DNA of 64,000 nt, from the NCBI GenBank assembly GCA_001724265.1, contig MEDY01000049.1, forward strand, positions 1 through 64,000. The letters run 5' to 3'. Below, in pieces: positions 50,455-61,200 of this stretch. Source of the stretch: Rhizaria sp. SCN 62-66. Lineage: Eukaryota. The notes below the pieces were generated by a model. It was not told the DNA's origin. It made no database searches and worked only from the letters and a program-made list of their open reading frames with translations. The translations under genes were made by a program, and so were the position numbers. Positions within the stretch are counted from its first letter, which is position 1, and every line of letters starts with the position of its first letter.

Positions 50455-51795
50455 ATGAAGCTGTCCCTGCGCTACCTCGCACTGTGCACACTCCTGGCTC
50501 TCGCAGTCGCCGTGTCCTCCTTGCCGACCTTCTCCCAGGCCGCGACCATCGCTGCCCCTGAGATTGAGGACCTCACCACCTATGTTACCGGAGCCCTGGC
50601 CATCGACCCCGTTGCTGCCACGGCCGGCGACGACGAGGACAAGCTCGTCATCGACGCAGTCTTCCCGCACGTTCTCTACGTCGACACCCTGACGACGTAC
50701 ACACACTTCCGCTTCAAGTTCTCCCACACCGGCTCCGCCGCCGCCGCGTACAACGCATCGACCGTCACCGCGGTCCGCTTCAACTCGCACGACGCCGAGA
50801 TCGTCGCGCGCGTGCCTACCCTCGTCGTCAAGTTCCCCGTCTCGGCCGCCATGGCCGAGGAGGAGGCGTCCTTCTCTGCCACAGTCTACACCGGCGCCGA
50901 CAAGGACACCGTGCTCGCCACCCTCGCCGCGGCCGTCGTCATCTCGCCCGCCAAGGACGCCGCCGCGCTGCCCCCGCACGCCGTCTCGACCTCGGATGTC
51001 TTTTTCGTCGCCAAGGAGGCCCAGCCGATCATCAGCGTCAGCTTCCTGACCCTGGACGAGACCGCGTCTGCTGCGCGCCTTGACGGCCGTGCCTGGCAAG
51101 ACGTCGCCATCTCCCGCCACAAGGTCTCAGGCGTCACCACCTTCACCATCACGCTCGCGGGCCTCTGCACCGCGCAGACGTGCGACGGCGAGCTGATCCG
51201 CGCCGAGCTGTCGTTCAACGGCGGCGCCAACAAGTTCCTCTACTACTGGCAGCTGGCGACCGTGGGCGAGGTCACCGGCATCTTCCCCGCGCGCCTGCCG
51301 CTCGCCGACGCCGCGGGCAAGCCCTGCGTGCCGTACACCGTCTCCCTCGCCGAGCCCTCGCGCTTCGTGCCCCTGTCGCTCTTCGTGCTGCCCGCAACGG
51401 CCAGCGGCGCCAAGGGAACCACGCAGCGTACGGACTCGGCCCCCGCCGCGGGCGCGGTCGCCAAGGTCGAGACCGGCTGCGTGCGCTGCCCCGAGTGCAG
51501 CCGCGGCAAGCAGCGCTTCGTCATCGGCGCCGCCTACGGCGACCACGCCGGCAGCGTCGTCCCGGACGGCGGGCTCGTGACGCTCGTCGTCACGGACAAG
51601 AACGACAACGACGGGTCCGGCGGCTCTGGCGGCGGCGGGCTCTCCGACGGCGTCATCGCAGCGATCATCATTGCCGTGCTGGTCGGGCTGGTCGTCGCGG
51701 TCGTGCTGATCAAGCACAAGGTCGGCCAGTGCCAGCGCCGCCGCAGGCAGCGCGAGCTCCTCCACGAGGGCTCGCTCTACGGCAACCTCGCGTAA
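50455..51795 (+). CDS. Type I transmembrane protein (446 aa), function unknown
   Basis: Signal peptide MKLSLRYLALCTLLALAVAVSS, beta-rich ectodomain, Gly/Ser linker, TM helix GVIAAIIIAVLVGLVVAVVLI, basic stop-transfer stretch, tail ending YGNLA. Strong GC3 bias. Stop TAA. Confidence 0.85.
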   Translation: MKLSLRYLALCTLLALAVAVSSLPTFSQAATIAAPEIEDLTTYVTGALAIDPVAATAGDDEDKLVIDAVFPHVLYVDTLTTYTHFRFKFSHTGSAAAAYNASTVTAVRFNSHDAEIVARVPTLVVKFPVSAAMAEEEASFSATVYTGADKDTVLATLAAAVVISPAKDAAALPPHAVSTSDVFFVAKEAQPIISVSFLTLDETASAARLDGRAWQDVAISRHKVSGVTTFTITLAGLCTAQTCDGELIRAELSFNGGANKFLYYWQLATVGEVTGIFPARLPLADAAGKPCVPYTVSLAEPSRFVPLSLFVLPATASGAKGTTQRTDSAPAAGAVAKVETGCVRCPECSRGKQRFVIGAAYGDHAGSVVPDGGLVTLVVTDKNDNDGSGGSGGGGLSDGVIAAIIIAVLVGLVVAVVLIKHKVGQCQRRRRQRELLHEGSLYGNLA

Positions 51796-52231
51796 AGAAC
51801 GGACATTGTCAAGAGCAAGCTGACTGTCGAGTGGTGGTGTTTCTATTTAGACGAATACATAGCATATATATTTGTATTTCTAATGTCATATTTGAATGAT
51901 GACGCTTTGTATGTTTGTTAAGAGGGTGATATAAGTCGCTTTTATGATTTGTTCAAGTGTCACGTTGGAGGTTCTTTCGCTTGCGAGGAGGCGCCAACTT
52001 CGCGCGGCAGCATTTGACTTGTATATCTCTGGACAATGTCCGTTAAACGAACTTCAAGTAATCATTCACATATTAAATTCTACATGTGTGTACGCTTCGT
52101 TAATAATATTCTTCATCAGATTCTGTATCCCACTAAATCCGCATCTCTCTGTCACCCTCCATTCTCCTAGTCTTCGCGAGCCCGATCTATCTCCCGAGGC
52201 GTCTTACGCCCGCGTTTCAACACACTAACAT

Positions 52232-55200
52232 ATGTCATCTCGCGAACCCATGAATAATGGGTCTTCACCGCCACATGGCCCAGAACCCCCGCCGCAGACC
52301 CCACTTCGGCCCTCTGGAGCCACGCTGCAGCAGTCGTCGTCCTCCGCCTCAGCTGCTCATGCGACCGCCGGCCCCACAGCCTCTGCTGCTGCCTCAGAGT
52401 CAGCATTCGCGACGCCAACCCAGCGACATCAAGCATCAAACTCCGCACACACATCCCCCGAGTCGCTAGCGCTGTCAGACTTGTCTATCTCGTCCTCCGC
52501 CCTCGCGTTCTCCCCTGCACAAACGCCTGCAGCCGTCTCAGTCCAACAACAGCAACAACAGCAACAACAGCTTCATTCTCATCAACAACAGCGCGTTGGG
52601 ATTACCCAGCCAGGGCTTATGACTTTGCCTTTGATCGCCCCCGCCAGAAACAGCGCGACCTATCCTACATCAACAGCTTCCGTCTTGCCGACCGCACCTG
52701 CAGCCACGATTGCTGCATCTGCTGCAACGAATGCACCTGGTGCACGCACCAGCGGTACTCTTGGTGTCGGTGACGCTGGCACTGATAAATTGTTGTTTTC
52801 GCGCTCGCGGACGCGGCCGGTCTCCGCCACAACTCCAACTCACGGCTTTTCAGCGAATCACACAGGGGGCTTGAGCGTGGCTCACACCGCAAGTGCTGGT
52901 GGTAGTGCTGGTTCTGGCTCTACAACCAGTGCTGTTGATGCAGCGAGCGCAGTTGGACCTGCACGCTTGCCGGCACTTGCCGTATCCGCTCCGCACCCCC
53001 AGTCCCAAGCACGGTCTTTGTCTTTCTCACAGTCGAGGTCGCAGCCGCCTCAGTCTATTGATAGCGGGACTTTCAGCAGCGGCAGCAGCCCCGCCGCGAG
53101 CCTCGGTCACGCGATGTCCACGAGCGGCCGGACTGACCCCAACGCGACTCCACGCGTTGCCGCTGCCGCTAACGCCGTAGCATCTGCTTCTGCCGTCCGT
53201 GATGCGGGCGCTACCGGTGAGATCGGCGGTGACGGAGACAACGCGACGTCGCTCAGTCTCACCCGCACTCGCACTCGCCCGCCGACTGCTGCTGCCGCCG
53301 CTGCTGTTCACGGTCACTCAACTGCTGCGAGCAGTCAACCTCGAGCAGGTGCGCCTGCGACTGTCACAGCGGTTGAGCCGACCAGCGGTGCTGATCAGGC
53401 GGGTTTCATGGTCACGCCGATTGACTACCACGGCCTCAACCGAGGCGCCGCGAGCAGTCCGCGAAACAACACGACTCCTCACAGCAACAGTGTTAGTAGC
53501 CAGAGCGTTAATGCTGTAAATGCTATCTCACCGGTAGCAGCAGCGGCTCGCCGGCTCCCGACCCTACCGCCACTCTCCGCAACGCCAGTGCCAGTGCAGA
53601 CAGCAGCGTTACCAGCAGCTAATACTGCGCTTGATGCTGGCTGCATCGCCAGCCCAAGCCCGAGCGCGAGTGCGAACGCCGCTGCGACGGCGGCGACCGG
53701 GGCTCTGGGCCTCCCTATTACGCGGGCGTTTGCCCCCGCGCCGCTGGCGCTGCCCGCCACTCCGTCACTGCCGACACTGGCGACGGGCAACAGCAACAGC
53801 AGCGCTGCGGGCGACGCTGGCGCTGCAGACGCGGACGCCAGCGCCAGCAGCGGCGTCAGCGTGGAAAGCTTCACGCTCACGCCTCTCGCTATCGCGACCA
53901 GACACGCGAATACGGCTATGAACGCGAATACTAACACAAACACTGCAGCAGCACCTGCCAGTGCAACTGCGGCTTCGGGAGCTACGACAGCCAGGGCGCC
54001 CGGCGCTGATTCTGGCACTAATGCGGCGGGCGATGCGATCGTCGTCGGGGCCCGCCACAGGCCCACCGGAGCGTCCCACATCGCAGTCACCGCGGGCGCG
54101 CCGGAAGACAACACAAGCTCCCGTTTCCCCTTCAATACACACACGTCGCAAGCTGAGGCAGAGGAGGGGGAAGACGGCGCTGATCTCGCGAGGGCCCGCG
54201 GTGCCGCGACTGGCGGGACACAGAGGCTCCGTCTGACTCTCAACGCTGGCACGGGGCCTATCGGCGCCGACTCGCATTTCACGCCACAAACAGCTGCAGC
54301 AACGACAACGGTGGCTAACGCTTGGACGATGACCGGCACTGGCCAAGCGCGTACTGGTGACGCGGAGCACACTGACCGCCTGCAACGGGCACAGTCGCAG
54401 TCGCCACCGCCTCGCGCCTTCCGCTCCCAGTCACCGGCTGCCGTCTCACCGGCTGCCGTAACCCAACGCACACAGTCACCGCAAAACGGACGCTCGCAAT
54501 CCCCAATGCACACTGTGCGCTTACTGTCACCTGTTGCTGGCCACACTTCACGCTCGCAGTCGCCTGTTATCGCTGCGCGCTCGCCGTCGCCAGCGGTGGG
54601 CGTGGTGCGCTCGCGGTCGCCGCCCGTGAGGCCGCCGCGCCCGTCAGTAGCAGCGGCTGTTGCTCGGACGACACGCGCGACATCGCCCACAACGACCGCT
54701 GCTAGACCCGCAGCTCATGCTGCTGTGGGTTGCAGCGACAACGATGGTGCCGGCGACGATGACGGTGTCAACGGCAGCGACAAGACGGCTCAGTCCGACG
54801 GCGTGACCGCTCAAGGCGGTTTGACGCAGGGCGAAGACGCCCGTCCGTCGCCGTGGCTGCGGTCCGATAGCCCTGAAACTGGCGTTTACGACTACACATT
54901 AGCGTATCTGCGTCAGTCCGACGCGGCGGCAACGCCGACTGCAACTGCGGCGCTGGCAGCGGCACCGCAAACCGCAGGACTGCCGCTTCTGCCGCCGGCT
55001 GCGGTCAACAGCATTGCGACTGGGGCATCGTATGGCAGCAGTAGCAGTCTCAGTCTGAGTACAACGAACAGTAACCCAGCGCTGAGCGGGAGCAGTAGTT
55101 TGATTCCCGTCGCGAGTCTAGCGAACGCTGTCGACTCTGGTGCCGCTGCGAGCCCCGCCGTCGTGCCGTTGTCTTTCCTCACGACCCCGGCAACGACGCC

Positions 55201-58200
55201 GTTTGCACTTGCCCCGCCACAGCCGCAGTCGCTTTCCCAACCGCAGTCGCGTTCTCAGTCACGCACGCAGTCGCCGACGCTGCAGTCGCGGTCAGCCCTG
55301 CTGCTGCCACCGCTGCACCCGAATGCAGCCTTCGCTTTGGGCAGCTCGAGTGCTGTGAGTAGCGATCCAATTCCTGCTGCTGCTGCTGACGCAAGTGGTT
55401 TAGCGGCGCTTGGCGGGCAATACGAGGTATTGGCGCTGCTGCGCCAGATTTTAGCCGCAACAACCGCGCTTGCCAACGCACCCACGCCCGCGGCAACCGC
55501 ACCGGCTCCAGCACTAGCGCCTGCACCGGATGCGAGTACTGCCGGAGCGACTGCCAGCGGCCGTGAGCATGGAAGCAAGGATCGCGCTCGTGGTAACAAC
55601 AGTGACCGTGACCGTGGGCATGACCGTGAGCATGACCGTGAGCATCGCCACCGCAGTGGCAGCAGCCGCAGTCACCGTGGCCACAGCAGCGGAGACCGCC
55701 ACAGGCAAAGCCGCAGCCGCAGTCGCAGTGGCCACGACCGCGACCGTGACCGTGAGCGCTATTACCGCGAACGCGGTGACCGTGAGCGCAATGACCGTGA
55801 GCGACAGAGCCGACACGCAGCTCGCTCTCAGCAACCGCAGTCACCAGGCGTCGCTCAGCCCACAGGCGCAGCTGCTAAAGCAGCAGCAGACAATGCCGCA
55901 ACAACAACGCAAACGGGCACGGTCACGGTGCCTGCAGCGACTGCAGCAGGAAATACGCGTGCAAACACGACAGCGAGCGTGATGTCGACTGTGATGCAAC
56001 AGCTCTCAGCGCTCGCCGACGCCACGGCGCGTTCTGTAGCCGCCAGCGATCCGAATGCAGGCGTGAACGCCGCTCTGAGCACTGCTGCTGCTGCTGCTGC
56101 TGCTGCTGCGAACAGCCCCGACGCTCCTGCTGCAGACGCAACGGTTACTGCGAGCTCTGACGCAACGCAGGCTGATGCTGCAACAACGATTGACCATGAC
56201 GCTATTGTCGCAACGACCGATCAGTGTTTGGCTATACCCTTGTCTCCCCCGGCAGCGACGATTACACTTGCACACATCAACACCGGTGCCACTGACACCG
56301 ACGCAGCGGCAGTGGGAGCAGAGACGACTACAACTACGGCCGCCGCTACTGTCGGGACAGATGTCGCCGATGTTGTTGCTTCTCTCGAACCTTCGAGCGC
56401 AACTTCACCTGAAGATGGACCTGTGATCACAGCTGCAGAGTCCCTATTCGGCCCCGCTGCATCTGCGGCACTTGCAGCAGCGCCGTCCCTGCTGCTCTCT
56501 GAACTGCAAAAGCTCGTCACACGCTACAGCAACGCGAACGCTGGCGCGCGCGGGAGTGACGGATACACTGGCGGTGCGTATCTCGAAGAGATCCACTCAG
56601 ACCGCGACTCCGTCTCCGACAGCGACAGCTTCTGCTCGCTCCCGCCTCCCGACGCGGACGCCCACGACGGCGGCGACGCTGACGAGAGCAAAGAGACTGC
56701 GGGTGCGAGGCGCGGGCGTGACCGTCAGCAGCGCAGCGGCCGCTACAGCAACCGGTACCGCCGGCGCAGCCGCTACTACAGTAGCAGCAGCGACAGTAGC
56801 ACGACGGGCAGCAGCCGCGGTAGTGACAGTGACAGTAGCGACTCAAGCTCCAGCGCTAGCACGAGCGGGTCTGAGCGCAAGAGCAATAGCAATCGCGGCC
56901 GCAAGAGCAAGCGCGACCGCCGGCGCTCTAAGCGCAACGGTGACAAGAACAAGGACAAAGACGACGACGGCGCAAATCCTCCTGAGCAACAGGCCGGTGC
57001 TGCCGCCACAACAGAAGCAGCGAGTGCGAAGGAAGAGGCCTGCCAGGAGGGCGTGTTCACCCACCCCACGAACCTCAACGGCGTTGTCTTCATTGGCGGC
57101 ATCGCCGACGCGCGTAACAAGGCCCGCAATCAGGCTCTTGGCATCGAGTACATCTGCAATCTCGCGCCGAACCAAGTGCCCAACTTCTTCCCGACCGAAT
57201 TCATCTACAAGTCCCTCGCACCGCCGTCTGACGGGCTCGTCGTGCGCACGTTCGAGGAGGTGCTCACGTTCATCGAGCTCGTCAAGGCCGCTAAGGGTAA
57301 AGTGCTCATCCACGACGACGCCGGCGTCGGCCGCGTGATGTGTCCCGTGTTGGCGTACCTGTGCAAGGAGTACAGCTTCACGTTGTTCGAGTCGTTCAAG
57401 TTCATCACTGCAAGGCGCAAGGAGTTCGACGTCCCACCGCCGCTGTGGCGCCAGATGGGCGACTGGGAGCTCGCTGCCCTGGGCTCATCCACCCTCGCAG
57501 ACGTTGTGTTCGCGAAGCGCAAGCGCGCGATGGACGACGACGACGGCATCGTGGGGTTCATGTCCGCGCGGCAGGTCAAGGCGCTGATGGACGAGTACGA
57601 GAACTCTCTCGCCACGCTGCAGGTCAAGGTGCAGCAAATGGAGGTCGGCGCGCTGACGGTCTACTCGGAGCAGGAGCGCAGCCAGGGCGACGTGCGCGAG
57701 GCCATGGGCGGGTTTCTGACCGCGATCAGCTCCGTCGTTGCCGGTGTGTGCGCCGCGCTGGATGAGGACGACGAGAACGACCACGAAGCGAACCCCGGCA
57801 ACAACGCCAACGCGAGCGGCGCGTTTGATGGCAGTGGCGCTGGGTTCAGAAGGGCCGCCTCAGTGACGGCCACCGCAGCCGCAGCTGCAGCAGCGGCGGT
57901 CACAGGCTCACCGCTGCGTCTCCCGTCCTATGGCGGCAACAGCGCGATGAGCGGCTTATCTTCGAACAAGGGCCGCTTGCTGTCACACGGCAACTTCGAG
58001 ACCGTGAGCAGCAGCAGCAGCACTGAGAGCACGCGCAGTCCGTACAAGATCTCGCTCTTTGCGCCGCCGGCCGGCACTGTGTCCTCTGCACCGGGGCAGC
58101 TCGGTGGCCAGAGCCCGGATGATGAAGCCTCGCCAATCGGCGACAGAATCAATGCCTCTGCTTCTTCCCCGATGGACTTTGAGGGCGGTGGCGTCCGACG

Positions 58201-61200
58201 CTTGCCAAGTGACAGCAGTGTCTTCAGCGACAGTGGCTTGGCTCTTGGCGCTGATGATGGCGACGGCGGCTGCTTTGTGTCGTACGAAGACGCAGATGGT
58301 GTCGTGCACACCATCAATGCTATGCAGTTTGACCCGGCCAATGCGTTCGCGAGGCTGCCCTCCGTGGCCGCTGCTGTTTCCCGGGGCGCGTCGCTGTCGG
58401 TGTCAAGCGCAGGGTCACTGCAGGCGCGTCTTCAGAGGCAGCAACAATCGATCTCGCCGAGCACCGCCACGCGCTCAGCGCTCAAGCCGAAGTCAGGCCG
58501 GGACAAGAGCAAAGAGACTAAGACCAAGACTGGTGATGACAGCGACGGCGACGATGGTGACGTTGATGATGCTGATGATGCCTACGGCGACGACGATAAT
58601 GATGAGCAAAAGCGCGACATTGATGAAGACGACGCGAACGATGACAGGAACACGATGCGTGGGTTTGCTTATGACTACGACTACAACGGCGTGACTGTCG
58701 ACGCTGACGCCGCAGATGCGCTGCCGACGTCACTGCTGCTTGCAATGCCGTGGCTGCTGACTGAGCGCAACAGCGCAGCGGCCGGTGCCGCGCGCGGTGA
58801 CCAGACTCTGTCACGCGGGCAGAGCCAGGTCCGGTGGGCGGACGAAGTCAAGGGCGGCGCGAGCGACAGTGACCGCGAGCAGCCGCAGCAACAACAGCAA
58901 CAGCAGAGCGACTCACGTGGCCGTCTGAGTCGCCGCGAGCGCCGCGAGGCTGAACCTACTGCCAAGAAGAGTGAGAGCACCGCTGCCAATGTCGACGACG
59001 ACTTGGAGAGCCAGATGGCTGCTGTGGCAGAGGTCGAAGCCGCGACTCCACAGCTCGAGTTCCTCCGGCAGCTTTCTTCCGCGTTCTCATCTAGTACGGC
59101 CAGCGCGAGCGCGAGCTCGAGCACGGGCTCCGCGGCCGTTGCGTACAGTCCGTTCGCGGGCCCCGCCAGTTACCCGCCACCCCACAGTCTGCACATCCGT
59201 GCCGCGCCGACTGCCGGCCCCGGGTCCAGTCCGCTTCTCAAAGCCTCTGAGGCCGGAGACGGCACTGGCGGCGCTGCCGATGGGGGCGAGTTCACACTGC
59301 CGCCGCCGAAGCTGCATTTCCAGGTTACCGCGCCCACTGGTGAAGTTGTAGCTGCATACGACACAAACGCCGCCAACGCCGGTAAGACTGCAGCTGAGTT
59401 GGCGCAGTCCCGCGCGCTAGGGAGCTCCCCGAATTCATCGGCCGCTGCGTCACCTTCGACTGGCGCGATGAGGCCGTCCATGGTGGAGCACGACTTTTTC
59501 AAGCTGCCCGAGTCGAACGCGACAGCGCTGGATAACTTCAGCAGTGCACGACGCTCCTCGCAATCATCCCCCGCTGTTGCTGGCAATGCAAGCCCCAATC
59601 TGAACACCAACAGCAAGAATGCGAATGCTAAGGGTAACAAGGTCATCGCTATTGATCTTGACAAGCTTCCGTCACTCTCTGAGCTTAGTAGCAATCACGG
59701 TAACGCTGGAACGAACACAGAAAGAGTCTCCAACATTGCTGCTGGTGACGACGATGGCGATGATGATATTGATGAGAAGGCAAAGCACGCGATTGCGGTC
59801 TTGTCTTCGAAGCTAAGCCGGCCCCGCGCCCGCGGTGCGTTGGGCGGACACAAGTCCAAGCTCGAGTCCTTTGTCGAGGAGGAAGAGGAGGACGCAAGTG
59901 AAAACGGCGAGGCCAGTGAAACAGGCAGTCGGTACGCCACACCGCGACTCACCGGTGCAGCTGGACCTTTGGGCTCAAGTCTCAAGGGCAACAGTGCGCC
60001 ATCGAGTCAACTGAGCACGAGTACTCGAACTGCTGCTTCGTATAGCAACACAAACCCGTTTACACACCAGCGTCTCGCCGCGAATAGCAATGCCAACAAC
60101 AAGGGCCCCACTAGCGCGTTCCCCTCTGCGCTCAGTCTCACCACAGATCCCGCTGCTGCCGCTGTCGTCCTTGCTCGCGCCTTCCCAGCCGCATCCGGCG
60201 GCTCCGGTGCATTCACCGGTTTTATCGCCAGCATTGCTGCGCTCTCGGCCGCCGCCACCGCAGCCCGCGCCGCGTCGCGCCGCGACCTGCACTCGTTGCG
60301 CCGGTGCCAGCGCAGGCTCGCGCGCGCCGTTGCCGTTGCCGCGCTGGCGCACCGCGTCGGCCGTCAGGAGCGCGCACGCGCCGTCGCCGCCGTCGCCGCG
60401 GTGACGGTCGCGAGCGCGCAAGACGCTGTGGAGCACGAGGCCGCCGCGGCCGAGGCTGCGCGCGCCAACGAAGCCGCAATGGTCGCTACGGCGCGCGAGC
60501 GCGACAGGCGCATCGCGTTGGCTAACAGGACTGCTGCAGCGCAAGCAGCGGCGGCGCGCGTGGCCGCGGCGGCGGCGAACAAGCGCGAGGCAGCGCTGCG
60601 TGGTTCCGCAGCGGCGTTGCAGCTCGAGATGCAAGACGTCGTGTCGGCAGCAAACAAGCGCGAGCAAGATCTGTTGGCCGCGCTCGACTTCGCGCTGACC
60701 GAGAGCATGGCGCGCGAGGGCGAGATAATCAGTCAAGCCGCGTCTGCGCAGGCCGCGGCGGGCGGGCACAGCGCTAACAACGCGCGCGAGTATCTCGGCG
60801 TCGGCGGCGGGCTCGGCGACGACGACGACGGGGAGGCAACACACTGGTTCGACATCAACAACTCGAACAACGTCACGAGATCACGGCAGCCAAAGTTGAG
60901 CTCAGTCGCGACCGCGCCTGTCGTCACCGGCGGCAGCAACGATCTCAACCACCACAGAGAGCCGACGAGCCCCGCGCTGTCCCGCCACTCGTCGCACCAC
61001 CGCCCGTCCGACGCTGCCGTGGCGGCGTACCCGCTGCACGCCTCGTCTCTACTGACGTCAGCGAACTTCCGCGCCGGCGCCGCCTGGGAACGCGCCTCGC
61101 TGTCCTCGCGTCGCTCTGCGCAGCTGTCCTCGGCCCACGGTCGTCTGGCCGCGGCGCTGGCGCGGCAGCGGCTGACGCACACGCGCCAGCTCCGCGAAGC

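Noticed and set aside
55603-55802. Repeated GACCGTGAG units as a CRISPR-like or mobile array
   Set aside because: They are short degenerate coding repeats (DRE/HDRE) inside an ORF, with no unique spacers. No transposase or cas gene is seen in the window.
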